Virus record (IMG/VR): IMGVR_UViG_3300031519_006853
Span: 1 to 64,000 of that record
Reading direction: 5' to 3' (one strand)
DNA length: 64,000 nucleotides
Origin: a virus
Shown here: piece by piece, positions 28,349-38,720 of the stretch
Layout: every line of letters starts with the position of its first letter
How positions within the stretch are numbered: the stretch's first letter is position 1
Program-made: the position numbers and the translations under genes
Notes under the pieces: model-generated
What the model saw: the letters and a program-made list of their open reading frames with translations, nothing else
The model's database searches: none
Told to the model about the DNA's origin: nothing

Positions 28349-30325
28349 ATGGCAATAACAGGATCAAGTACAGATGCTAATGGCGATCAGTTATTAGTTA
28401 GTCTTAAAACCCCTTATGAAAATGTAACTGAAGTATTAGGATTTACTGATTCTATAACAGGAGAAACTACTGATTGTTATTATAACAAAGATTTTAGGTG
28501 GGGAATAGATGGTGTAACATATTCTGATTGGACTACATTAACAGATGTTAATTTGCAAACACTCGTGTTAAATCCAGCTAATAAATTTTGGATTCAATAT
28601 AGGTATACACAGGTTGGGGATTGTACTTTAACTTTTAATTCTATTGCATTAGAAATTGTAACCGATGGTGGCGTTATATGCAAAATACCTCAAATAGATT
28701 GTGGTGGTGTAGATGGATGTTCAGGTGCTTTAAATTTAGCATTTGATTGTTGTGGTGATGGGTGGAATCCTTATGATATTTCTAGAGCTGGACAAATGTA
28801 TACTCAATTATCAGCAATGACAAATAATTTATTTGGAATATGCGTAGATTATTACAAGACCAAAGCAGATCAAAGAAGTAGAGATGTTATCCTAAAAGAA
28901 TATTCTTTATTTGATGTTATTAAGGAGGCTGAAATTAAAATTATGGTTCCTGATAATGAATTGCCTACTAGAGATATAAACTTTAATCCATTAATGATGG
29001 ATTTTCCTGTTCAGTTTGAAATTCATATTGTAAAGTCTGCATTTGAAGCAGCATTTGGTATTGGCGCAAAACCTCAGATGAGAGACTATTTATATTTTAA
29101 ACAATTTATGAATAGGATGTATGAAATTGATGCAATGGCAGAAGCTGATGATTTTATGTATACTGGTGCTTATTGGAGAGTAAGTTTAGTTACTTATCAA
29201 CAAAGAACAAACGTAGGGTATGAAGATACTACTTTAGGTTTAGCAGCAGAGGCTTCTACTGAAGCATTAGTTTCTAATGTAGAAGATAAATTCAGAGTTG
29301 AGCGAGAAAATGAATTTAAAGATGTAAGAAAGCCTAATGAATATAACACTATAGGTGCACAAGCAAATGATTATGTAAGAAGAGCTTTAAACAAAAAGAT
29401 GACTATTACAGAAGAGAATGTTTACAATCAATGGACAATCATTTCTAAATATCATTATGCATTAGGTACTTTAATTAATAAAGCAGTTGGTGTTAAATAT
29501 AGATATAATTCTGGATGGTCTGCAACTGATAATAGGGCATTTACATTTTGGTTTAGGCCTACATACAAAAAACCTATAGGCAAGAATGTATTAATAACAC
29601 AAGTAAGTAATAATTCTGGCAATCCTATGATAACTACAGCAGGTTTACCTTTAGGATCTGATGCTATATTGGCTGGAGACTGGATTGCTATAAGAGGAAC
29701 AACTTCTTATAATGGAATTCAACTTGTAAAATCAGCAGATGTAGCAACTAATACAATTACATTAGATACCCCATACATTGATAGTATAATAACCAATACA
29801 GCAAAACTTAATAAAGAAGTTAGTAATACTTTTATACAATATGATACTGATACTGCAACACCAACTTCATATGTACAATTAACTTATACTGCAAATTGGT
29901 TTATAATTAAATTCAATGATACTTATTATAAATATGATATATCTAAATCATCAATCAGTTTCTTAAAGGGTGAATGGTATGCTGCTGTTATTAATTTAAA
30001 TAATTTAGCAAAGCAATTATCTTTATTTTTATATAATACTCCTGAATTAACTGGAGCTATAAATCCTGATAAGACAGCAGATTTAAAAAGCATTTATATA
30101 AATACGCAAACCGTACCAGCTATTTCTATAGATAATGATTATACTTGGAAATTATTAGGTTGTGAAACTGATCTAACAAACATTAGGATTTGGAGTGAAC
30201 CGATAGAAGAAGAATTACAAGAATTAATTTTAAGTCAATATGTAGTAAAAGATTCTCATTTAGCTTTATTATTAGATAATGCTTCACCAGAATTATTGCT
30301 GCCAACAGTTTCTAACCCAAGATAA
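28349..30325 (+). CDS. Neck/head-closure protein (gp14-like) with extra N-terminal and LamG-like C-terminal domains
   Basis: FGICVDYY...PQMRDYLYF...NRMYEI resembles T4 gp14 core; FTFWFRP...GEWYAAVI...NIRIW resembles LamG. Confidence 0.65.
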   Translation: MAITGSSTDANGDQLLVSLKTPYENVTEVLGFTDSITGETTDCYYNKDFRWGIDGVTYSDWTTLTDVNLQTLVLNPANKFWIQYRYTQVGDCTLTFNSIALEIVTDGGVICKIPQIDCGGVDGCSGALNLAFDCCGDGWNPYDISRAGQMYTQLSAMTNNLFGICVDYYKTKADQRSRDVILKEYSLFDVIKEAEIKIMVPDNELPTRDINFNPLMMDFPVQFEIHIVKSAFEAAFGIGAKPQMRDYLYFKQFMNRMYEIDAMAEADDFMYTGAYWRVSLVTYQQRTNVGYEDTTLGLAAEASTEALVSNVEDKFRVERENEFKDVRKPNEYNTIGAQANDYVRRALNKKMTITEENVYNQWTIISKYHYALGTLINKAVGVKYRYNSGWSATDNRAFTFWFRPTYKKPIGKNVLITQVSNNSGNPMITTAGLPLGSDAILAGDWIAIRGTTSYNGIQLVKSADVATNTITLDTPYIDSIITNTAKLNKEVSNTFIQYDTDTATPTSYVQLTYTANWFIIKFNDTYYKYDISKSSISFLKGEWYAAVINLNNLAKQLSLFLYNTPELTGAINPDKTADLKSIYINTQTVPAISIDNDYTWKLLGCETDLTNIRIWSEPIEEELQELILSQYVVKDSHLALLLDNASPELLLPTVSNPR

Positions 30326-30356
30326 CTTGGAATATATATTATAAATTTAAAGTATA

Positions 30357-30965
30357 ATGAAAGAATCATCGAAAGGAAAATTTCGTGATAGTTTAGGCGA
30401 TTTATTAAATGATCTTCCCGATGAAGTGGAAGGATTAAATAATAATAGCGAAGAACTACAGCCAGTTAGAGTTGAGAGTGGACAAGCACTCCAATTAAAT
30501 AAAGCTAAAAACAAAGCCGAAAAGGTAATGAATAGCTTATTAACTTTTTATTTGAGTGAAGAGATAATTGCAGAACATGAATACATTAGAGCTAAGGCTC
30601 AATTAGATGAATCTGCACTATCTATGTTAATAAGACAAATGCAAAACAGCGAAACTGCTATTACCTTATTAATGGAGACAATACATGAAGGCGATGTATC
30701 CCCGAGAATGTTTGAGGTACTCAGTGATTTACAAAGAACTCTTTTGGATATTATTAAAAGCCAAACAATGTATATGGTAGCAATTGAAGAGAATGCAAAA
30801 AAGATATCTCGTGATGTAGATGTTTATCATAACAATGAAAGTTCAACATCCAATAAACAAAGTGGTATTAAATCTAGAGGTACAAAAGATTTGATGAGAG
30901 CTTTACAAGATACAATTAAAGAAGAAGATATACAAGATGTCGATGGAAATGAAAATGAAGAATGA
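30357..30965 (+). CDS. gp16: Terminase small subunit (gp16-like)
   Basis: SPRMFEVL..L helix-turn motif as in T4 gp16; upstream of the large terminase. Confidence 0.7.
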   Translation: MKESSKGKFRDSLGDLLNDLPDEVEGLNNNSEELQPVRVESGQALQLNKAKNKAEKVMNSLLTFYLSEEIIAEHEYIRAKAQLDESALSMLIRQMQNSETAITLLMETIHEGDVSPRMFEVLSDLQRTLLDIIKSQTMYMVAIEENAKKISRDVDVYHNNESSTSNKQSGIKSRGTKDLMRALQDTIKEEDIQDVDGNENEE

Positions 30966-31194
30966 TTACCTGTTAATTCAGGAAATCGAACAAAAAGAAA
31001 CAAAAACAGCATCAGGAATTATAGTACCTGTAGAAAAGCATAATCGTAAAGCAAAGGTTATTAATTCAGGCAATACTAAAGATTTAAAGACTGGTGATGT
31101 TATATTAAAAAATATGGGCAAAGGTACAATGATAACTTTAAATGATATTGAATTTGAAGTTATTCATGTTAACCAGATAATTGCTGTACTATAA
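30937..31194 (+). CDS. groES: Co-chaperonin GroES-like
   Basis: LLIQEIEQKETKTASGIIVP mobile loop, KTGDVI, IIAVL end; start may be a later ATG. Confidence 0.85.
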   Translation: MSMEMKMKNDYLLIQEIEQKETKTASGIIVPVEKHNRKAKVINSGNTKDLKTGDVILKNMGKGTMITLNDIEFEVIHVNQIIAVL

Positions 31195-31200
31195 AAAATA

Positions 31201-33015
31201 ATGGCTAAACCACAAGCAGAATCAGCAGGATTTGAACTTAAGATATCGAAAGGTGCTGAGTCTTTCGCATGGACGAGTAAAAAGGTGGAGCAATTGATGC
31301 TAGCAATTGACGAAGGTTATAAACCAAAGTCAACACCTTTCTATGAAGGCAATCCTAATTTAAGAAAAGGTAACATTGTATTTAATTACTCAGATGAAGA
31401 AATACGAGAAATTAAAAAGTGCGCAAAAGATATTGTATACTTTGCAAATACTTATTGCACTGTAATGACTGATGAAGGTTTACAAACAATTAATTTAAGA
31501 CCTTATCAAGAAGAAATGCTAAGGCAGTTTCAAGCAGAAAGATTTAATATATGTTTAGCAAGTAGACAAGTTGGTAAAACAATATGCTCTTCTATTTTTA
31601 TTGCTTGGTATTCAGTATTTAATTTTGATAAAAACTCGCTAATACTTTCAAATAAGGGTGCTACAACAAGAGAAATTATTGATAAAGGTAAAACTATATT
31701 AGAACACTTACCGTTCTTTATCAAGCCCGGTACTCTTAAATGGGATGTATTTAATTCCAAGTTTGATAATGGTTGTAGAATAATTGGCCAGACAACTACA
31801 AAGAAAGCAGCTATTGGTTTTACTATTCATTTATTATTTATGGATGAGTTTGCGCATATACCTGCAAATTTTGTAAATACCTTTTATGAAAATGTATATC
31901 CAACAGTATCTGCGTCAGCAAACTCTAAAGTAATTATAACAAGTACCCCTAATGGCTTTAATAAATTCTATGACATATATAATGCTGCTGATAAAGGTTT
32001 AAGTGAATATATTCCATTCCGAGTTGATTGGTGGGATGTACCAGGGCGTGATGATGCGTGGATGCGACAAGAGGTTGCAAACCTAGGAAGTGACGAGGCA
32101 TTTAACAGACAATATGGAAATCAATTTATAGCAGGTTCTTCATTATTATTAGGTGCAGCTAGTTTACAAAAGCTTACCGAAAATCAAGTGGAATTTACAC
32201 ATAAGGAAATACCAGAATTTGATGATGCCGAAATTGATTACTCTAGTATGCTATGGCAACCTGATTTTAATTTAGATGAAATAGAAGAAGATTATAATTA
32301 TTGGGTATTTTCAGTTGATATAGCAGAAGGTACTGGTGGAGACTATTCGGTTATTAACATTTTTCAAATAGCTATGTTAGATGAAAAGGATTGGAAAGGA
32401 GTAACAACACCAGGTAGTTTTGTTGACTTTTTTGGTATTAAACAGATTGGAAGGTTCCGAAGTAATTCTCACACTATTGAAGAATTTGCAAAAACACTGT
32501 ATATTTTAGCATTTGATTTATTTTATTCAGAAAATGTAAAATTAATTATAGAATGGAATATGTTTGGTGGAGAATTAATAAAAAGAATGGAAACTGTATT
32601 TCCACAAAGGAATGAGTTTGATGAAGAAAGTGTAGTTAAATTTAAACACCGAGTTGATGCCAAGACAAAACAATTTGGCCTTAAAGTAAAAAAAGATAAT
32701 AAACCTATCTTTTGCCAAAATTTTAAAAAATATATTTCACAAAATAAAATTGGTATATTTGATAAAGATACAGTAAAAGAATCTTCTACATTTGGCAAAC
32801 TCCCAAATGGGTCATATGCAGGCCAATTAGGTAATGATGACTTGATTATGACTTGTATAAATAGTTCTGAGTTCTTTACTACATTAGATTTCTCAGATTT
32901 TGTAGAAGAGATTTATGATGTGATGGATCCCTTAATTCAAAATAAGATAGATCAAATTCTAGAAAAAGATTCAAAGGGTGGGAATCTAAATTTCGATATC
33001 TACGACTTAGTATAA
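31201..33015 (+). CDS. gp17: Terminase large subunit (gp17)
   Basis: LRPYQ, ASRQVGKT, MDEFAH, ITSTPNG, VDIAEGTGGDYS, NDDLIM. Confidence 0.95.
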   Translation: MAKPQAESAGFELKISKGAESFAWTSKKVEQLMLAIDEGYKPKSTPFYEGNPNLRKGNIVFNYSDEEIREIKKCAKDIVYFANTYCTVMTDEGLQTINLRPYQEEMLRQFQAERFNICLASRQVGKTICSSIFIAWYSVFNFDKNSLILSNKGATTREIIDKGKTILEHLPFFIKPGTLKWDVFNSKFDNGCRIIGQTTTKKAAIGFTIHLLFMDEFAHIPANFVNTFYENVYPTVSASANSKVIITSTPNGFNKFYDIYNAADKGLSEYIPFRVDWWDVPGRDDAWMRQEVANLGSDEAFNRQYGNQFIAGSSLLLGAASLQKLTENQVEFTHKEIPEFDDAEIDYSSMLWQPDFNLDEIEEDYNYWVFSVDIAEGTGGDYSVINIFQIAMLDEKDWKGVTTPGSFVDFFGIKQIGRFRSNSHTIEEFAKTLYILAFDLFYSENVKLIIEWNMFGGELIKRMETVFPQRNEFDEESVVKFKHRVDAKTKQFGLKVKKDNKPIFCQNFKKYISQNKIGIFDKDTVKESSTFGKLPNGSYAGQLGNDDLIMTCINSSEFFTTLDFSDFVEEIYDVMDPLIQNKIDQILEKDSKGGNLNFDIYDLV

Positions 33016-33032
33016 AAAGTAGTTACTTGGTA

Positions 33033-33041
33033 GATATATAA
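33033..33041 (+). promoter_or_regulatory. Putative late promoter GATATATAA upstream of the tail sheath gene
   Basis: Recurring late-class 9-mer. Confidence 0.6.
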
Positions 33042-33074
33042 AAAAACTAATAAACAAAAAAAATATATTACAAG

Positions 33075-36000
33075 ATGGCACTAGATCCAAAAATCGCTTC
33101 TCTTAAGGCTGCAGGAACATATAGATTTGAATTTGACAAAAGTCAAGTCGTAAGTATTCCAGCAAATCAAACTCGATTGGTAGTCGGGTTTTCCAAGACA
33201 GGCCCATTCAATACACCCGTCTTTGTTCCCGATACGGCTTTCTTTAAGCAAGTATACGGTGATATAGATCGAAACTTAGAAAGAAAAGATTCATTTTTCC
33301 ATAGAAGCTGTTTATCAGCATTGGAAAGAGGACCTATTCTTGCTTTAAATTTACTTAACTTAGATGCTGATGATAAAGTACAAGCCGTTAGGTTTGCTAC
33401 CTCAGCAACACCAGAAGCCCAAGCAAATGCAGGGGCTGCGTATGAGTATCAAAGATTTTATAACAGAGATAAATTTTGGTTCCCATCAACTGATGATTTT
33501 TTAACTAACGTTGGGGCTAATACTACTAAATTAAGTTCATTAACTGTAAATGATTTATTGGATGTTACTAACTTAGGACAAAATCCTATATCAGTAATAG
33601 CAAAAAAATCTGCTGCAACAAATGTTTTACCTTATCAAGTAACTGTTGAAGAATGGTATGGTGCTGCAAATGTACCAGGATTTTTAAATAAGGATAGTTT
33701 AATATCTGACTTCTTTGTAGATATCTTTGTATTAGAAGGTAACTTTGGTGGAGACTTTGGTACTGTTACTCCTTATTCAAGATTTAATTCTGATCCGTTG
33801 TTTCAAAAGTATTTTGACCCAACACAAGGATTAAAAAGAAAAAAGTTTGCAACTGATTCTACAGATACATTAATGCAAGAATTCTTTAATGAAACTGAAG
33901 TAACTTTACAAGCAACTTATACTGCATGTTTAATTCCTGACTTTGTAGATCTATTAGGTAACAACCTTTTCGTTGAAAAAGTTGTTAATGCTGATACTGC
34001 AACTACTGGATTATTTGTTACTGTAAACGAAGATTTATTTGACGGTGATACATTAATAGATGGTGTACCTGGAGGAATTGATATGATAGGACACAATATT
34101 GAATATACTCAAGCTACTTCAATCCAAGATGATGTTAACTTCTTATCTTACGGAGGATCAATTGTTTCTGATTTATCTTATGCAAGAAATATTGAACTAG
34201 GAACTGTTGTAACTAATTCAACAAGTACAATTACAACAGCTGTACCAAGTGCAGGAGGTATACAAATACAAATTGTAAATACTAATGCTACTAAAGATGC
34301 AATATGGACTGCATTTTCTAAAATGACTGCAAATACACCAAGTATAGTAGGATCATTTATATTAGATCCTATAGCAAATGAATATGTACCAGTAACTTCG
34401 GTGCAAGTTGTAGGTAGTACTGTAACAGTATTATTATCAGATGTAGGAACTCCGGTTGTGGCTAACTTCCCAACAGGCGCTGCTGCAAGTTATACTTATA
34501 TTAATGAAGCAGATTTGGATTTTGTAGCAGATGAATTTTCGCAAGCTAATCCAGTTGCTGGAATTATTGGTGGTTATGGATCAACATTACAAGCACAATT
34601 TGCTAACGGTACTTTAACCGATGGTGATGAAGCAGTTTATAAAGATTCATTAGGTACTTTTACTTCATTCTTGGTAATGAATGCTATAGAGTATGGATTT
34701 ATTCATACAGGTGGACCGACTACAACTGCAAATACAATTGCAATCTCTGATTCGGATTATTTCTTACCATCGGTTAGAATAACCCCTTATGAGCAAGATT
34801 CATTTTCTACATTAACACCACATAGTGAATTTACAATCGATGCTTTAGGACAATTCCTTAAATCAGATGGTACTACATTATGGCCAGTGAATACCTTAGG
34901 TGTACAAACACTAAAAGGTGCTCTTAACCTTACTGTAGATATTGTAGGTGATACTTTAAATGAACCAACATTAAAACCGAATGAAATACTTATAGCAGAT
35001 AATTCACCAGAAATTGCTGATATCGTTGTAGGAAATTATTTAGTACATTTTGAAGGATCTGTTACTATACCACATTCAAGGTTAACAAGAATTAATATTG
35101 TAGAAGGTGGATTAACTGCATCAGAATATCCAATTTTATCTGGTTTACCTGCAGGTGTAAAAGGTGTTAAAGTAACATGTCAATCTGAAATAAGTACAAC
35201 TTCAATAGGAGCTTTAAAAACTGTAGAGGTTTATTATCCAATTGATTCTTGGGTAGATTACCTTAACATATTTGAATTACCTGGATTTGCATTAGATTCA
35301 ACTAAACATGTACCTGATGGAACAAACAGTAGACAAAATTATTGTTTATCTCCAATATTAGGTGGAACTAATTTATATAAAGCTTTAACAGATAGAGAAA
35401 CAATTAACTTCCGTTATGTAGTAGATACTTATGGAAATGGAATTGAAGCAAACTGTAAAGCTGTTTATACAAATTTATGTATGGGTAGAAAAAATGCATT
35501 TGCAATTGTTAATGCTCCATCTGCTAAAGACTTCAAGAAAAATACTAATCCAAGCTTTACTGATGCAACTGGTGGTTTATCCTCTAAGTTTATCGCGGAA
35601 GGTGGAAATCTTGCATTAAATCCAACTATTAGGTTCTCATTACCTGCCGCTACAAGTGGTGGATCTTGGGGAGGATATTATTATCCATTCTTAAGCGTTA
35701 GAGATCTAGGTAAGACTATAAGTGTACCACCTGCAGCAAATGTATCTAACAACTATATACTTAAATATGAAAACGCATTACCGTGGTCAATCGTGGCTGG
35801 TGTAAGACGTGGAGTTATAGGTGGTAATGGGGTTGTAGGTTTAGAATTAAATCTAGATCAAGAAGACCGCTATTACTTAGAGCCATTCGGAATTAATCCG
35901 ATTGTATTCCAAAGTGGAACAGGACCAACTATATTTGCAAATAAAACTGCTCAACAGGTTCCAAAATCTGCTTTAAGTTCAATTAACGTTAGAGAGGTTG

Positions 36001-36302
36001 TAATTTACATCCAAGATGGTGTTGAAGCAATTCTTAAAAACTACTTATTTGAATTTAATACAGCTCAAACGAGATTAGAAATTAAAACATTAGCTGATAA
36101 CTTCTTATCAACTGTTCAAAATGATGATGGTGTTTACGATTATAGAAATATAATGGATGAAACAAACAATACACCAGAAGTAATTGACCAGAATGTAGGT
36201 ATCCTAGATACATATATTGAACCAGTAAGAGGAATGGAAATTCTTGTACAGAGAACAACTATTTTAAGAACTGGTGCAATTAGTACTGGAAACTTCCAAT
36301 AA
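33075..36302 (+). CDS. gp18: Tail sheath protein (gp18)
   Basis: N-terminal VGFSKTGP, C-terminal PWSIVAGVRRG, GINPI, SINVR, FEFN, IEPVRGME. Confidence 0.95.
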   Translation: MALDPKIASLKAAGTYRFEFDKSQVVSIPANQTRLVVGFSKTGPFNTPVFVPDTAFFKQVYGDIDRNLERKDSFFHRSCLSALERGPILALNLLNLDADDKVQAVRFATSATPEAQANAGAAYEYQRFYNRDKFWFPSTDDFLTNVGANTTKLSSLTVNDLLDVTNLGQNPISVIAKKSAATNVLPYQVTVEEWYGAANVPGFLNKDSLISDFFVDIFVLEGNFGGDFGTVTPYSRFNSDPLFQKYFDPTQGLKRKKFATDSTDTLMQEFFNETEVTLQATYTACLIPDFVDLLGNNLFVEKVVNADTATTGLFVTVNEDLFDGDTLIDGVPGGIDMIGHNIEYTQATSIQDDVNFLSYGGSIVSDLSYARNIELGTVVTNSTSTITTAVPSAGGIQIQIVNTNATKDAIWTAFSKMTANTPSIVGSFILDPIANEYVPVTSVQVVGSTVTVLLSDVGTPVVANFPTGAAASYTYINEADLDFVADEFSQANPVAGIIGGYGSTLQAQFANGTLTDGDEAVYKDSLGTFTSFLVMNAIEYGFIHTGGPTTTANTIAISDSDYFLPSVRITPYEQDSFSTLTPHSEFTIDALGQFLKSDGTTLWPVNTLGVQTLKGALNLTVDIVGDTLNEPTLKPNEILIADNSPEIADIVVGNYLVHFEGSVTIPHSRLTRINIVEGGLTASEYPILSGLPAGVKGVKVTCQSEISTTSIGALKTVEVYYPIDSWVDYLNIFELPGFALDSTKHVPDGTNSRQNYCLSPILGGTNLYKALTDRETINFRYVVDTYGNGIEANCKAVYTNLCMGRKNAFAIVNAPSAKDFKKNTNPSFTDATGGLSSKFIAEGGNLALNPTIRFSLPAATSGGSWGGYYYPFLSVRDLGKTISVPPAANVSNNYILKYENALPWSIVAGVRRGVIGGNGVVGLELNLDQEDRYYLEPFGINPIVFQSGTGPTIFANKTAQQVPKSALSSINVREVVIYIQDGVEAILKNYLFEFNTAQTRLEIKTLADNFLSTVQNDDGVYDYRNIMDETNNTPEVIDQNVGILDTYIEPVRGMEILVQRTTILRTGAISTGNFQ

Positions 36303-36342
36303 GAAGGTAAAGAAGACGAATATATAAAAAAACAAATTAAAT

Positions 36343-36897
36343 ATGCCACTACCACATTATACCCAATCAAGGGCCAGTAGCCAAAGGTACGAACCTATTC
36401 AGCCTAACCTATTTGAGGTGACTGTATTTTCACCATTAGGGGATGATACGGGTTTAATCTTAGAGCAAGTAAAATCAATAGGAGGATTAAATAACTTAAA
36501 TCCATCAATTGATGCTATAAATCAAAAATATAAGTTTGCTGATAGATCCTATGCAGGAATGCCAGGCCAAACGTTTGTTGATTTAACACTTAACTTCAGT
36601 CTTAACTTGAATGAAGCTAATGAAAACTATATCTATAATACTTTCCGTAACTGGAATAATATCATTTATGATCCATTAACTGGTGAAATGGGATTAAAGA
36701 AAGATTACGTAGGAAGTATGATCGTAGTTCAATATAATAGAGCAGGAGATATCTTCAGAAAGATTACATTTAAAGATGTATTCCCAACAGGACAACCTGA
36801 TTTTGTAGATGAATTAAGCTATGAAACACAAGATGCAGCTGAATTAACAATGACTTATCGTTGTGATCACTGGGTTGAGGAGAACGTAGGAGCATAA
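36343..36897 (+). CDS. gp19: Tail tube protein (gp19)
   Basis: Follows the sheath; NLFEV, WNNIIYDP.TG, FKDVFPT, LSY pattern. Confidence 0.9.
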   Translation: MPLPHYTQSRASSQRYEPIQPNLFEVTVFSPLGDDTGLILEQVKSIGGLNNLNPSIDAINQKYKFADRSYAGMPGQTFVDLTLNFSLNLNEANENYIYNTFRNWNNIIYDPLTGEMGLKKDYVGSMIVVQYNRAGDIFRKITFKDVFPTGQPDFVDELSYETQDAAELTMTYRCDHWVEENVGA

Positions 36898-36909
36898 CTT
36901 TTAAATATT

Positions 36910-36942
36910 AAACTGGGAATATTAACTATTCCCAGTTTTTTT
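36910..36942 (+). terminator. Rho-independent terminator
   Basis: aaactgggaata / tattcccagttt plus T tract. Confidence 0.9.
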
Positions 36943-36985
36943 GCCTTCTCTCTAATATATAATATAAAATATATAATATAGAAAA

Positions 36986-37456
36986 ATGATAATCTATAAA
37001 TTACAACAACAAAAAACTAACAAAGTTTATGTAGGATATTCAGTAAATGACAACCCTAATAACTTTGGGACAGGAAAATACATTAAAAGAGCAGTTAAAG
37101 ACTTTGGAACTAAAGCTTTTGAAAGAGAAGTTATGGAAATCTTCGATAATGACGAATCTTTAAGTGATGTATTAAAAAGAGTAGAGTATTGGATTAATAA
37201 ATTTAAATCTGATAATCCTAAGTATGGTTTTAATGAAACTGTACAAGAACTTATTCCACAAAGAAAAAGACTAACTAAAAAATTACAAGTCTTATTAACG
37301 CCTGAGGATGAAGAAAGTCTAAATGCGATAATTATACAAAGATCAATGGAAAGCAGAATTAAGCCTGTTGCAATATCAAGGTATGTTAGACAACTAATAG
37401 TAGAACATATTGTTAATGAAAATACAATTGAAAAACAATTAATAAAAAATAATTAA
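36986..37456 (+). CDS. GIY-YIG (Seg-like) domain fused to a ribbon-helix-helix-like domain
   Basis: IIY...VYVG, G.GK.IKRAVKDFG..AF, E.WI, GFN; C-terminal KKLQVLLTPED...ISRYVRQLI. Confidence 0.7.
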   Translation: MIIYKLQQQKTNKVYVGYSVNDNPNNFGTGKYIKRAVKDFGTKAFEREVMEIFDNDESLSDVLKRVEYWINKFKSDNPKYGFNETVQELIPQRKRLTKKLQVLLTPEDEESLNAIIIQRSMESRIKPVAISRYVRQLIVEHIVNENTIEKQLIKNN

Positions 37457-37458
37457 AA

Positions 37459-38457
37459 ATGTCAAAAGAGCACGAAGAAAATATTAAAAAGGAATTTGCA
37501 CAGGCTGAAGGTATTACAGTTGAAGCAACAGAAACTCCTAAAGAAATAATTAAAGAATTAGGAAAGGTTGATGTTAGCAGGCAATTGGACCATACTTCAC
37601 CAGATGATCCTGAAATAAAAAGATTAAATTCATTGGTTGGTTACACACCATTAAATTTAAATGAGTTTCCATCAAAAGGTAAATTTTATAGAGATGATTT
37701 TGAAATTCACATCAGATCGGCAAAGGTTGCTGAAGTTAGAGCATTCTCTACTGTTGATGAAAATAACTTAAAAGAAGTTGATGATGGGTTAAACAATTTA
37801 GTTTTATCTTGTACAAGAATTATGTACGGTAGTCAAAGAGGATCTTATAAAGATATTTTAGAAGAAGATAGAATTTATTTAATTCTAGCAATTAGAGAAT
37901 TAACCTTTAAAACTGGTGAACAAACATTAATGATGCCAGTTGGAAAAAAATCATGCAAGACATCAGAATGTAAATCACAAGAATCTATTGAATTAAGAAC
38001 AGAGAATTTGCAATTTAATAATGTTATAGATACAATTGAAAAATATTATGATCCAGCTGATAAATGTTATACGATAACTACTAAAAGTTATGGTGAAATT
38101 AAAATGGCTCCACCTACTATCGGTGTTATGAGAGCTATAACTGATTATATCAGAGATAGGGAGGAGAAAAACCAAAGCTGGGATAAATCTACATTAGCTA
38201 TCTTGCCTTATCTACAGAGAGAATGGCGAGGATGGACTGAAAAAGATATTTTTGCAAAGATTACATCCTTTCAAGGTTGGGATGCTACAAAATATACAAT
38301 TGTATATAGATTAGCTGAAGATATGAAAGTTGGTGTTAAACCTGAAATGGTATTCCCATGTAAAAGCTGCGGTGAGGAGGTCACCGTTCCGCTCACGTTT
38401 CCCGGCGGTATCAAGGCTCTCTTCATTATTTCAGATATCTCTTCTGAACTTTTATAA
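37459..38457 (+). CDS. Baseplate hub / tail assembly protein (gp26-like)
   Basis: LP/FPSKGKFY, duplicated domain, Cys pairs (CKTSEC, CKSC); between tube and tape measure. Confidence 0.65.
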   Translation: MSKEHEENIKKEFAQAEGITVEATETPKEIIKELGKVDVSRQLDHTSPDDPEIKRLNSLVGYTPLNLNEFPSKGKFYRDDFEIHIRSAKVAEVRAFSTVDENNLKEVDDGLNNLVLSCTRIMYGSQRGSYKDILEEDRIYLILAIRELTFKTGEQTLMMPVGKKSCKTSECKSQESIELRTENLQFNNVIDTIEKYYDPADKCYTITTKSYGEIKMAPPTIGVMRAITDYIRDREEKNQSWDKSTLAILPYLQREWRGWTEKDIFAKITSFQGWDATKYTIVYRLAEDMKVGVKPEMVFPCKSCGEEVTVPLTFPGGIKALFIISDISSELL

Positions 38458-38707
38458 AGTTAGAGTTTTATTATTAGAAAAGTTGCATCTCCAACCATCT
38501 GAGTTGGATTTGCTGCCTTTCTATGAATATGAATTTACTTTGGAAATCTATAATGATTTGTTGAAAGAGCGAAATAAGCAAGAACAACAAAATACTAAAG
38601 ACACTCAAGATAAATACAATATGGATGGGATGAAATCTCAGGCAACTAAAAATATGAGTGGTTATAAAACTCCTAAGATGCCTTCGATGAAAATGCCTAA
38701 ATTATAA
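38330..38707 (+). CDS. gp51-like hub/tail assembly C-terminal domain, overlapping the upstream gene in the +1 frame; true start uncertain
   Basis: ISLLNFYK...LQPSELDLLPFYEYE...ERNKQE resembles gp51-type domain; no ATG before this core. Confidence 0.55.
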   Translation: MVLNLKWYSHVKAAVRRSPFRSRFPAVSRLSSLFQISLLNFYKVRVLLLEKLHLQPSELDLLPFYEYEFTLEIYNDLLKERNKQEQQNTKDTQDKYNMDGMKSQATKNMSGYKTPKMPSMKMPKL

Positions 38708-38720
38708 AATAAAATTCTGA

